From: a virus | Strand: one strand, 5' to 3' | Length of the DNA: 43,946 nt | IMG/VR virus record: IMGVR_UViG_3300013102_000016 | Span: 1-43,946 of that record | Shown here: one piece after another, positions 1 to 7,498 of the stretch | Numbering within the stretch: position 1 is the first letter of the stretch | Layout: the number at the start of each line of letters is the position of its first letter | Translations under genes and position numbers: made by a program | The notes under the pieces: generated by a model | Seen by the model: only the letters and a program-made list of their open reading frames with translations | What the model was told of the DNA's origin: nothing | The model's database searches: none

Positions 1-123
1 AACCTCCAGCCCCAGCAAGGTCACAGTGTTCCGCTGGTTGAGCTGAAGCGTGAACCCCGTAGTTGCGCTGGCCACAAGCGTCCACACCTGGCTGGACAAT
101 GCTGGTGGCGGCGGCTGAACATT
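1..123. repeat. Terminal direct repeat, copy 1 (circular closure / assembly overlap)
   Basis: Bases 1-123 (aacctccagccccagcaagg...gcggctgaacatt) are identical to 43824-43946. A minus-strand ORF is continuous across the join. Confidence 0.95.
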
Positions 124-876
124 CGGCACCTGAGAGAACGCCGTTGAATAAGTCACGGCGATCTGCCCTGCCGCGCTTGTGGTGCCGGTATAAGTCTCCA
201 GTCGCTTGCTGATGCCCGATGGCCCTTGCGGTCCCGTTGCGCCTGCTGGCCCCTGGATCCCTTGAATACCTTGGGCGCCAGTCGCACCGGTTAATCCCTG
301 CGGCCCGGTAGCACCAGTTAATCCGGTAGCGCCCTGGATCCCCTGCGCGCCCGTATCACCCTTTGCACCTTGCGGACCTGTCGCACCGGTAAGACCAATC
401 GGGCCTTGAGGGCCTGGAACCGTACTCGCCGCGCCAGTTGCTCCCGTTGCGCCTGTTAACCCTTGGATGCCTTGTGGCCCCTGAGATCCAGTCGCGCCAG
501 TATTTCCGGTATCACCTTTGACGCCTTGGATCCCTTGAGGCCCTGCGGCGCCCGTTAGTCCTGTGTCACCCTTGTCGCCTTTTGCACCGACAGGGCCAGC
601 TTCTCCCTGCACCCCTTGAGGGCCTTGAGGACCAGCGGGAACAGTCGAGCTGAGAATGCCAGAGCTGATCTGCAATCCCTGGCCAACAGTGAAGAACTGC
701 GGCAGAACCGTTACGCCGTTGAATCCGAGGATGCCATTGGCGCCACCAGCAGGAATGGTGAGGGTGCGACTCAGCGTTCCGGTATCAGTGGCATTACGCT
801 GATTCATCAGCAGATCGTTGGCGGCACCCAGCGCGAGGCCCGGCAGCAGTAGTGCGAGAGCAATCAGCTTTTTCAT
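1..876 (-). CDS. Collagen-like repeat protein (fibre or secreted protein), N-terminal 292 codons; the gene continues across the circular join to 43761
   Basis: ATG at 876 forms an ATGA overlap with the stop of 873..1247. The ORF is missing from the track because it runs off the window edge. My translation starts MKKLIALALLLPGLALGAAN (signal-peptide-like). Two runs of about 22 G-X-Y triplets follow (GPQGPQGVQGEAGPVGAKGDKGDTG... and GPQGPIGLTGATGPQGAKGDTG...), roughly nt 633-214, separated by AASTVP. A ~90-aa non-collagen C-terminal domain comes last. Confidence 0.85.
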   Translation of the reverse strand, partial: MKKLIALALLLPGLALGAANDLLMNQRNATDTGTLSRTLTIPAGGANGILGFNGVTVLPQFFTVGQGLQISSGILSSTVPAGPQGPQGVQGEAGPVGAKGDKGDTGLTGAAGPQGIQGVKGDTGNTGATGSQGPQGIQGLTGATGATGAASTVPGPQGPIGLTGATGPQGAKGDTGAQGIQGATGLTGATGPQGLTGATGAQGIQGIQGPAGATGPQGPSGISKRLETYTGTTSAAGQIAVTYSTAFSQVPNVQPPPPALSSQVWTLVASATTGFTLQLNQRNTVTLLGLEV

Positions 877-1247
877 GAGGTGGCAACCCTTGCAATGATC
901 TTGTCGGTAGTCGAGACCGTGTTGAATACCACGAGGTCATTGACGTTGAGCGATACGACGTTGTTGGCAACTTCTACGCCGACATCCGATGAAGTGACGG
1001 TGAGTTGGGTGATGGCCTGAATCGCGAAGATGAAGAAGCGCTGGCCCGCCTTGATCCCTGGCGAAAGGATGAGCTGCAAGTCGGCAATAGTCGCAGCTGG
1101 TGACAGCACCACATTGACCACAAGCGCATCGGTCTCGGGGATTTGGATGGCCTCCCCCGAGGCCGGAGAGAACTTGAATTCGGCAGGAGGCGAAGAGTTT
1201 GAGCCTCCACCGAACATTGACCAAGGCCAAGCAAATGGGAGAATCAT
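873..1247 (-). CDS. Hypothetical protein (124 aa), co-translated upstream of the collagen-like gene
   Basis: ORF in the track. Its stop overlaps the collagen-gene ATG (ATGA) and it overlaps the upstream ORF by 4 nt. No motif recognised. Confidence 0.6.
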   Translation of the reverse strand: MILPFAWPWSMFGGGSNSSPPAEFKFSPASGEAIQIPETDALVVNVVLSPAATIADLQLILSPGIKAGQRFFIFAIQAITQLTVTSSDVGVEVANNVVSLNVNDLVVFNTVSTTDKIIARVATS

Positions 1248-1510
1248 TCCGTGAACTCCTGAATGCCGCCGATGAGAATAGTGGCGCCGGCCTTAATCCA
1301 TGCCGAATCAGCCTTGATGCGCCCCCATTCAGAGTTTGGGATCTCGGCGCCCTGGAATGCGCCTGCGGCCGGCTGTGCGCCTTCGAAGGCGACAATGCGC
1401 GTCCCACTACGATTGCAGAAGATGACATCCGTGCCAGGCGCATAACCCGTCACATCGTAAAAATCATGCCAAACCCCGCCAGCAAGCTGAACATCCGGCT
1501 TCATGACCAT
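1244..1510 (-). CDS. Hypothetical protein (88 aa)
   Basis: Track ORF is 1244..1540. The preferred start is ATG 1510 (MVMKPD...), 7 nt after GACAAGGAG. No motif recognised. Confidence 0.55.
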   Translation of the reverse strand: MVMKPDVQLAGGVWHDFYDVTGYAPGTDVIFCNRSGTRIVAFEGAQPAAGAFQGAEIPNSEWGRIKADSAWIKAGATILIGGIQEFTE

Positions 1511-1545
1511 TTGCAAACTCCTTGTCGCTTCCGGCGACATAATCC

Positions 1546-2613
1546 TTATTCATCATCAACCGTTTCCGGAATGATCATGGTGTACGTGCAGCGGCAATTG
1601 TAGTCGGTGCCAGGCAAGAGGTATAGGCCGTCAACGTCAGAATAGAGGCCTTCAGCGAGATCGAACTCCTTGCCTTCGCGATCCTCATGCGACGGTCGCA
1701 CCCGCTCATCACCAGCGGTCTCCCATATGGCCTTGGTGATCCCGAGGTTTTGGGCCCGGATCTTGGTCGTGATCGAGTTGTAGTTCTGCACCTGATTGCG
1801 GGCCAAAAACTTGGCATGATTCTTTCGCTCGGCCGCGATACCGTCAAACTGGCTGACGATGGTGTCGAGTGATTCACCTTGGCTCATAGCGAACAAGGTG
1901 TTGTTCGTGAACTTCTGGAAGGTGTCATCACGCAGGGTTTTGATCCACTGCGCGGTTTCGGCGACCAGTGCGTTGGTGGTCGACTTCATACCCTCCTTGG
2001 CGATCAGGTCTGTGACGCTAATGCCGGTCTTGGCGGCAACCCGCTTGTAGAATTCTTCCTTGGACTTCTTGTCGAGTTTGCCGAGCGCCTTCTGACTGAT
2101 CGCGTCAATGCGGTCATCGCTGAATTGCTTGAGGATCGACTTGGCCGCAGCCTTCGACAGGCGCAGGAGGATCGCGGCGAAGTTTCCTGTTTGGGCGTCG
2201 GCAAATTCAAGCACGCGGTCGGTGTCGTAACGAATGACATCCGAAAGCCCTCGCATCTCATAGCGCTCAGTTCGGTACACGGGGATTTTCACATCCTCCC
2301 ATGCCCCCTCAGTTCGCGACCATGCGACGCCATCGGCATCAGTGAATGACATATCGCGCTCAACATACTTCTTGCTGTCGCGGTAGTGGTCGACGACCTT
2401 TCTTTCCCTGGACAGACGAACCACGATAGGCGAAAGATCCGCAAACTTCTCCACCGTCCTAACCTGTAGCTGGCCAAGCACCTGATTCTGAAATCGCTTG
2501 GCCATCGTATCGACCATGAACTCGATCATGTCGGCCAACTCGTTCTCGATGCTGCGCGGCGACTTTGGCGCCTTGATTGGCGTCGGCTTTGCGGCGGTCA
2601 GTTGGCGCTTCAT
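1546..2613 (-). CDS. Head morphogenesis protein, Mu F / SPP1 gp7-like
   Basis: 355 aa. The C-terminal segment GDERVRPSHEDREGKEFDL...LLPGTDYNCRCTY matches the Phage_Mu_F signature. It overlaps the portal gene by 4 nt. Confidence 0.85.
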   Translation of the reverse strand: MKRQLTAAKPTPIKAPKSPRSIENELADMIEFMVDTMAKRFQNQVLGQLQVRTVEKFADLSPIVVRLSRERKVVDHYRDSKKYVERDMSFTDADGVAWSRTEGAWEDVKIPVYRTERYEMRGLSDVIRYDTDRVLEFADAQTGNFAAILLRLSKAAAKSILKQFSDDRIDAISQKALGKLDKKSKEEFYKRVAAKTGISVTDLIAKEGMKSTTNALVAETAQWIKTLRDDTFQKFTNNTLFAMSQGESLDTIVSQFDGIAAERKNHAKFLARNQVQNYNSITTKIRAQNLGITKAIWETAGDERVRPSHEDREGKEFDLAEGLYSDVDGLYLLPGTDYNCRCTYTMIIPETVDDE

Positions 2614-3863
2614 GGTTGCAGTCCGGCAGTCAGATCATCCGCCGCAGACTCTTCCTCTTCAGGCTTGAACAGATCAGCCCATGCATCCTTCTTGATCACG
2701 TCATGCTCTATCAGATAGGCGCGATAGTCCTCGCCAAGGTCGTTCAGTTTGACAGCGTTATCAATTACCTTGGTTTCGAAATCCATCCGCTCGGCAGCAG
2801 TGCCGCCCTGGTTCTCTTTGAAGCACACGCCATCAATGCCGTAGGCGTGACAAAGCTCAGTGATTGGGTCGAGCAGATAATCGAACTGCAGTCCCTCAAC
2901 CATGTCCTGGAACGATTGCCGCTCCTGGTTACCCGTGCTGTTCAGACCCTGTACAGACTCGCCAACGAGCATCGGAACAGGAATAGAAGTCACCAACGCA
3001 AGCCGGCGGATCGTGATGTTGTCCACGGCGTCCAGGTTGGTCAGAGTCTGGGCGATGGATATCACATCGTCTTCGCCGTCGATAAGACCATCGCCGTAGA
3101 TCCCGCGAATCTCCGCAAGCCTGGCGTAATACTGGATCAGGTAGTTGTCATCTCCACAGCGCACGGCATCGGCGAAACCCTTGATCTTGTGAAAAAGCGT
3201 CGAGTTCTTTTCGAGGATGGTTCCGGACGCGCGCTCGACAATGCCGTCGTTGATGAGCTGCGTATGGATCATTTCGAATTCGGAAATGCCGCCGTACTTG
3301 TAGTTGGGCAGGTCAAGCTCTGGTGGCAGGTAGTACGTGAAGTCGATCACCCGCGACCAGTGGAACGACTTGCCGCGCACGTTGTAATACTTCGGCTTCT
3401 GGTAACGCTCGTCACTGAGGTCAATACTGACTTCCATGGCTGTAACCATGTCGCCGCTGAACACGTCGAGCTTTGTCTTGGACGGATCTACCGGTTCAGT
3501 GCGCGGCTTGGACAGATCAGCGCCGCGCTCATTCAGCAGGATGATGCCGCGACCAAATCCGATCATGAACTTGGCGGCCTTCTTGACGGCGCGCTGAAGC
3601 CTCAGATCGTACTTGTCCTTATCCTTGTCGCTTTTGAACTGCAGAGTCTCGTTGAGCGCGTAGCCGGTCTTGATTGTGACGATCTTGGCGCCGAGACCAG
3701 TCTTGAAGATGGCGCGGAGCTGTGTGTCGTCAAGCCGCGTGGAAGTGATGACGTTCGTCGCCACAGCAGACCGGCGATTTGCCAGGCCATTGACGATGTT
3801 CGCCATGCCATCACGAAACCCGCGTTGCTTGCCACGACCGCCGCCGCGCTTCTTGTTGCTCAT
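2610..3863 (-). CDS. Portal protein (DUF1073-type, assigned by position and size)
   Basis: 417 aa, located between terL and the MuF-like gene with 4-nt overlaps. Basic N-terminus MSNKKRGGGRGKQRG. The family name comes from memory and was not searched. Confidence 0.7.
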   Translation of the reverse strand: MSNKKRGGGRGKQRGFRDGMANIVNGLANRRSAVATNVITSTRLDDTQLRAIFKTGLGAKIVTIKTGYALNETLQFKSDKDKDKYDLRLQRAVKKAAKFMIGFGRGIILLNERGADLSKPRTEPVDPSKTKLDVFSGDMVTAMEVSIDLSDERYQKPKYYNVRGKSFHWSRVIDFTYYLPPELDLPNYKYGGISEFEMIHTQLINDGIVERASGTILEKNSTLFHKIKGFADAVRCGDDNYLIQYYARLAEIRGIYGDGLIDGEDDVISIAQTLTNLDAVDNITIRRLALVTSIPVPMLVGESVQGLNSTGNQERQSFQDMVEGLQFDYLLDPITELCHAYGIDGVCFKENQGGTAAERMDFETKVIDNAVKLNDLGEDYRAYLIEHDVIKKDAWADLFKPEEEESAADDLTAGLQP

Positions 3864-5290
3864 AGCATGCTTCTCCAGTCTCGCTTGACAGGGCTGAGGA
3901 TCGCGCCGATGGCGTCCATCGTTGGGTCAATTTGGTCGTCGTGCGCGCCTTTCGGAAATGCTGCGAACTCTGACAGGTAATCTGATAGCCACGGCGCATC
4001 TTCTGGCAGCAGCACATTGCCTGATTGTATCAGCGGAATGGCATCCATGGCTCGCGTGATTTTGTCAACGGTTCTCGGGATGCCGATGACAGGGATGCCG
4101 ATCATCGACTGGATCAGACCGGTGCCGCTCGCCTTGTCCTCGACGTTAAATGCACGCAGTACGCCATCACCGCTGGACTTGTGCTTAGCCCAGAACGCCT
4201 TGGCCTGGCTCAGCAACTCTGGGGCCTCCCACTTGCCACGAATCTGATCGAGCATAACAGCCTGCCCGTCCCATGATTCGCCCCAGCACTGGAAGACGGA
4301 ATAGTCGTTATGCTCTTTGGTTTTCTGCGCCGTATCCGCGTACACGGCTCGCCATTTGAGTTTTGGCGGTACACCCTTCCAAAACTTGAAGCCGTCCGTC
4401 TTGAACATGTTGCCGCCCAGCGCGACGGGTGACTGCTGATACATCGCCGACCAGAAGTAGTCGGACATAATCGCTTTGGTTTCGAGCAGCTTGTCGAGCG
4501 GGTGCAGATCAGGCACCAGCGCGCCTTCACGGCGGCTCGGGTCATAACCTTTCTCGCCTGGCAGGTTGACCGCGACGAACTTCAGGTGCTTGGCCTTGGC
4601 GTTGATCTTCAGGATGCGGCCTGACAAGTCGTCGGTTGCCCAGCTTGTTGCCATGATGATCTGCCCACTGTTCTTACTGAGGCGCGTCAGGAAGGTGGTG
4701 ATGTACCAGTTCCAGATGCCGTCCTTGATCGTCTCGCTCAATGCCTCTTGGGCGTTCTTGATTGGGTCGTCGATGATGCCGATGTCCAGACGCTTACCAG
4801 TCAGCGGGCCGCCGACACCTTGACCAACGTATCGACCTTTACGCCCGACGATCTCAAACACGTCGCTGTTGCGCTTGGCCTCCACGTCAACGGTTACGGC
4901 ACGCTTGGCACTCAGGGATGCGCCAGGAAACAACCGATGATACTCAGGGCTGAGCATGATCCGCTGAACGTCGCGGTTCATATCCGTCGCCAGGTCTTTC
5001 GAGTAGGACAGGCCGCCGATGGACAGATCTGGGGCCTGGCCAAACAGGAAGGCAGGCGCGTACCGGCTGACGATATCCGACTTGCCATGTTGCGGTGGCG
5101 CCTGGACAACCAGAACCGGACGCAACCCAGCCTGCTGATCAAGGAAGAACTGATCGAGCGCCGCGCACAACTCCTGCGCAAACTCGCTGACGATGTATTC
5201 GGGGTTGATGTACAGGATGAAGTCGAGAAGGCCCCTGCGAGCCTTTCTGCGCTTAAGCAGCTCTTGGGCTGCCAGTTGCACTGGTGTCAT
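3860..5290 (-). CDS. terL: Terminase large subunit
   Basis: 476 aa. Walker-A-like VVQAPPQHGKSD, Walker-B-like RLDIGIIDDP, and a C-terminal acidic nuclease-type segment (GAHDDQIDP). Follows terS with a 4-nt overlap. Confidence 0.85.
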   Translation of the reverse strand: MTPVQLAAQELLKRRKARRGLLDFILYINPEYIVSEFAQELCAALDQFFLDQQAGLRPVLVVQAPPQHGKSDIVSRYAPAFLFGQAPDLSIGGLSYSKDLATDMNRDVQRIMLSPEYHRLFPGASLSAKRAVTVDVEAKRNSDVFEIVGRKGRYVGQGVGGPLTGKRLDIGIIDDPIKNAQEALSETIKDGIWNWYITTFLTRLSKNSGQIIMATSWATDDLSGRILKINAKAKHLKFVAVNLPGEKGYDPSRREGALVPDLHPLDKLLETKAIMSDYFWSAMYQQSPVALGGNMFKTDGFKFWKGVPPKLKWRAVYADTAQKTKEHNDYSVFQCWGESWDGQAVMLDQIRGKWEAPELLSQAKAFWAKHKSSGDGVLRAFNVEDKASGTGLIQSMIGIPVIGIPRTVDKITRAMDAIPLIQSGNVLLPEDAPWLSDYLSEFAAFPKGAHDDQIDPTMDAIGAILSPVKRDWRSML

Positions 5291-5910
5291 TCGTCTTTCG
5301 CCGCAGTGCCTGCAATCAGCGCCAGCAACTGCTCATCAGAAAGCTCGGTGACATCCTTGGTCAGAATCGGGCCGCCACCAGGGCCGGCGTGTTCGAATTT
5401 CTGCGCGGCTTCCCATCCACCCATCTTGGCGAGCTGAGCGATGGCGGCCACCTTGGAATGCTGCTTGATCTTCGGGCCGTTCTTGCCCACCTCCAGCTCC
5501 GAGATAATCATTAACTTGTCAGGGTCATTCGCCTGAAGGTCTTCATCAATCGTCCAGGCGGTCTGATGCACGTCATCGCCCGTCTCGGCATTCTGGCCGA
5601 CGTGGACGGTTTTGAATTTGACGATGTCAGTTAGGTTTCCGCGACCGAGTTGAGTGAGGATTTTCATGGCCTCTTCGCGACTCATGATTGCATCAGAAAT
5701 AGCTTGCGTCTTCATGGAATCCATGAACGCTTTCACCTTCGGATTATTCATGATCTCCGAGGCTGAGGTATCCGCAGCAGTATCACTCTTGGCTGATCCC
5801 TCGGCAGCGTAATAAGCCTGACGCTGAGTCATGCCAGCCAGGACGTTGGTAGCGATCCTCTGCTGTAGCGATGTCAGGTTATCGAAAAGAATCAGCTGCT
5901 CAGGAGTCAT
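5287..5910 (-). CDS. terS: Terminase small subunit
   Basis: Track ORF is 5287..5961. The preferred ATG is 5910 (MTPEQLILFDNLTSLQQRIATNVLAGMTQRQAYYAAEGS...), which is HTH-like as in Terminase_2 small subunits. It is preceded by GTGACAGGCGAAACCCC. Confidence 0.7.
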   Translation of the reverse strand: MTPEQLILFDNLTSLQQRIATNVLAGMTQRQAYYAAEGSAKSDTAADTSASEIMNNPKVKAFMDSMKTQAISDAIMSREEAMKILTQLGRGNLTDIVKFKTVHVGQNAETGDDVHQTAWTIDEDLQANDPDKLMIISELEVGKNGPKIKQHSKVAAIAQLAKMGGWEAAQKFEHAGPGGGPILTKDVTELSDEQLLALIAGTAAKDE

Positions 5911-5939
5911 GGGGTTTCGCCTGTCACGAAAGTGGATAG

Positions 5940-5957
5940 ATGCCAGAACTATATCAC
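5940..5957 (-). promoter_or_regulatory. Extended -10 type promoter candidate upstream of terS (GTGATATAGTT variant of the genome-wide motif)
   Basis: The minus strand reads gcGTGATATAGTTCTGGC, i.e. TGnTATAGT. It lies between the terminator at 5975-6000 and the terS ATG at 5910. Confidence 0.4.
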
Positions 5958-5974
5958 GCATCCAGAAATGAAAA

Positions 5975-6000
5975 AGCCCGCTTCCTTGAGGTTGCGGGCT
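5975..6000 (-). terminator. Rho-independent terminator (minus strand)
   Basis: The minus strand reads AAAGCCCGC-AACCTCAAGGAA-GCGGGCTTTTTCATTTC: a 7-bp GC-rich stem followed by a T-run. It lies between the 48-aa ORF and terS. Confidence 0.75.
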
Positions 6001-6014
6001 TTAGGATCGCCAGA

Positions 6015-6161
6015 TCATTTTTCGGCAGACAGGCTCCAATGTCCTGCGCCGACCTTAGTCGCCAAAACATCAGGCGATTGAGAGTTGATCGGACCACTCT
6101 CAATATCGAAGTCCTCTGGCAAAGACTTCGCGACACAAAGGATAATCATCAGTAACAGCAT
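6015..6161 (-). CDS. Small hydrophobic-N-terminus peptide (48 aa)
   Basis: Below the track cutoff. AAAGGAGGATGACC precedes the ATG at 6161. Translation is MLLLMIILCVAKSLPEDFDIESGPINSQSPDVLATKVGAGHWSLSAEK. A terminator follows directly. Confidence 0.45.
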   Translation of the reverse strand: MLLLMIILCVAKSLPEDFDIESGPINSQSPDVLATKVGAGHWSLSAEK

Positions 6162-6421
6162 GGTCATCCTCCTTTTGAATTAATTCCGCATCTGCGGGCA
6201 TGTCGAAGTTGACGTAATACTACGCTACCTCTCGACCAATCTTCTATCGCTCTTTCGCCATCAGCGCGACTACTGACACAGCGGGCGAACTAACCCTGGC
6301 TAACACATTTTCTGCATCGCGCTATCCGTTAGAGATCCGGAGTAACAGCAAACTTTGCAGGTTTTACCGATGTGCTGACGGTTACAGCGGCGGCGTTGGT
6401 TATTCAATTGAAAGTTAAAGT

Positions 6422-6500
6422 TGGTGGGGATCACAGGAATCGAACCTGTACGACATACTGTCAGCCTTCGAAGCCGCGTCTACCATTCCGCCATCTCCCC
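6422..6500 (-). tRNA. tRNA, class-II-like; anticodon probably CGA (Ser); non-canonical anticodon arm
   Basis: Minus strand: GGGGAGAUGGCGGAAUGGUAGACGCGGCUUCGAAGGCUGACAGUAUGUCGUACAGGUUCGAUUCCUGUGAUCCCCACCA. It has a canonical T arm (ACAGG-UUCGAUU-CCUGU), a GG-containing D loop, an encoded CCA and a ~12-nt variable region. However, the helix closing UUCGAAG is only 3-4 bp, and positions 6:67 and 7:66 are G.A/A.G mismatches. Confidence 0.6.
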
Positions 6501-6525
6501 ATATTCGGTGTAATTGCTATTCACC

Positions 6526-6600
6526 TGCCATCGTGGATGGAATCGAACCATCCGTTGCCTCTACGCGAGGTGGTATTGCCACTATACGAACTTGATGGCA
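6526..6600 (-). tRNA. tRNA-like gene, non-canonical (possible pseudo-tRNA or decoy)
   Basis: Minus strand: UGCCAUCAAGUUCGUAUAGUGGCAAUACCACCUCGCGUAGAGGCAACGGAUGGUUCGAUUCCAUCCACGAUGGCA. The T arm (GAUGG-UUCGAUU-CCAUC) and D arm (GUAU-AGUGGCA-AUAC) are good. The only anticodon-region helix is CCUC-GCGUA-GAGG, with a 5-nt loop. The acceptor pairs only as CAUCAAG/CACGAUG (5 of 7), or as a 10-bp extended stem. No CCA is encoded. Confidence 0.4.
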
Positions 6601-6639
6601 TGCGAATAACAACTTCAGATTTAAAGAGCGTTTGAAACT

Positions 6640-6716
6640 TGGCGCGAATGAAGGGTTTCGAACCCTCGGCCTCTTGCGTGACAGGCAAGCGCTCTAACCA
6701 TCTGAGCTACATCCGC
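6640..6716 (-). tRNA. tRNA-Asp (anticodon GUC)
   Basis: The minus strand folds by hand into a full cloverleaf: GCGGAUG UA GCUC AGAUGGUUA GAGC G CUUGC CUGUCAC GCAAG AGGCC GAGGG UUCGAAA CCCUU CAUUCGC G CCA. Confidence 0.92.
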
Positions 6717-6779
6717 GTTTGTTGTGGTCGATCTCACCAAAGGATCCGGAAGAGCATCGCTTTCCATGACCACACCCCA

Positions 6780-6808
6780 ATAATCACCCATCACCAAAAC
6801 TATGTCAA
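6780..6808 (-). promoter_or_regulatory. Sigma70-type promoter for the tRNA cluster (TTGACATAGTT family)
   Basis: The minus strand reads TTGACA-tagttttggtgatgggt(17)-GATTAT, about 60 nt upstream of the tRNA-Asp 5' end. Confidence 0.6.
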
Positions 6809-6890
6809 CACCCTGTCGAAAATGATTTCGCATAACCAGTATGCAGATCTATGCCATTTTGCAAATCCTGACTTTTGGGTAAGGAAATAC

Positions 6891-7241
6891 TGTGCTCTCC
6901 TGTGCTCCTGCTGTGCTCGTCAAAAGAGCACAGCTTCAGACCATGTACTACGTGGCATCCAGGGCATTTGGAGAGAATTGTGCTCCTGTGCTCGTCACTC
7001 GCACCTGAAAAAATCAATTCTTATTAAGATTAATAATCATTCATAGAGAAAAAGGGTGTTTTTTAAAAAAAAGGAGCACAGGAGCACAGAATCGCTACAG
7101 CCCTTATTCTACGCGGGCTAGACCTGTGCTCTTTTTGAGAGCACAAGGGGAGACCTAAGACAACTAAGATGCCATGGGGATCTAAGGGAGCAGAGAGATC
7201 TAAGGCTTGACTTGCGCGTCTTTCGTAGCCAAACTGTGCTC
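6891..7241. repeat. Cluster of 11 TGTGCTC/GAGCACA heptamers around an AT-rich core (putative origin, centromere or operator hub)
   Basis: TGTGCTC occurs at 6891, 6901, 6912, 6979, 6987, 7125 and 7235. GAGCACA occurs at 6926, 7074, 7082 and 7139. There are two TGTGCTC-N7-GAGCACA palindromes (6912-6932, 7125-7145). A 15-bp perfect inverted repeat, TGTGCTCCTGTGCTC (6979-6993) / GAGCACAGGAGCACA (7074-7088), flanks an 80-bp spacer that includes an A/T-rich stretch (~7010-7070). Confidence 0.85.
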
Positions 7242-7258
7242 ACCGCAAGAAACCTAAG
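7155..7258 (+). repeat. Five direct YCTAAGR repeats (two as GATCTAAGG)
   Basis: CTAAG occurs at 7155, 7164, 7182, 7200 and 7254. The spacings are 9, 18, 18 and 54 bp, all multiples of 9. GATCTAAGG occurs at 7179-7187 and 7197-7205. Confidence 0.8.
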
Positions 7259-7276
7259 ACTGTGGAGATTTTGACG

Positions 7277-7498
7277 ATGGCTGAAGCGATTGACGTACAA
7301 GAAGGGATTCCGATCCCAAAGGTGAACCGATACAAATTTGATGAATGGCCTGTCGGTGGCAGCCGGTTTTTCGATGAGCTTTCTCAGGTAGAGGCGTGCG
7401 CCAGTGCCGCCTATTCCTATGCCAAGCATCACGGTAACGGCTTCCGCATGACCCGCCGCAAAGAGGGTGACGGTTATCGCATTTGGCGGATTGCATAA
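7277..7498 (+). CDS. Hypothetical early protein (73 aa)
   Basis: Track ORF is 7262..7498. The preferred ATG is 7277 (MAEAIDVQEGIPIPKVNRYKFDEWPVGGSRFF...YRIWRIA), 9 nt after GGAG. First gene of the plus arm. Confidence 0.65.
   Translation: MAEAIDVQEGIPIPKVNRYKFDEWPVGGSRFFDELSQVEACASAAYSYAKHHGNGFRMTRRKEGDGYRIWRIA

Noticed and set aside
616-852. 78-aa plus-strand ORF, the only track ORF covering 1-870.
   Set aside because: It is antisense to the collagen-like gene, which the track misses because it runs off the window edge. The minus-strand frame has a start codon coupled to the upstream gene and an unmistakable G-X-Y repeat.
6215-6245. Plus-strand TTGACGTAATACTACGCTACC, resembling both the family promoter and the start of a T7-type promoter (TAATAC...).
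   Set aside because: No acceptable -10 hexamer lies at 16-18 bp. The similarity to the T7 consensus ends after 7 nt. No phage RNA polymerase gene is present, and nothing is encoded downstream on the plus strand.
6422-6716. tRNA-like elements considered as attP fragments, i.e. an integration site of a temperate phage.
   Set aside because: No integrase or excisionase is present anywhere in the genome. The elements are full-length rather than 3' fragments and share a dedicated promoter, so they are more likely expressed phage tRNA(-like) genes.
6891-7145. The TGTGCTC repeat cluster considered as a CRISPR array.
   Set aside because: The repeat unit is only 7 bp, occurs in both orientations, has irregular spacing of 8-90 bp, and there are no cas genes. 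It fits protein-binding iterons or operators, not CRISPR repeats.
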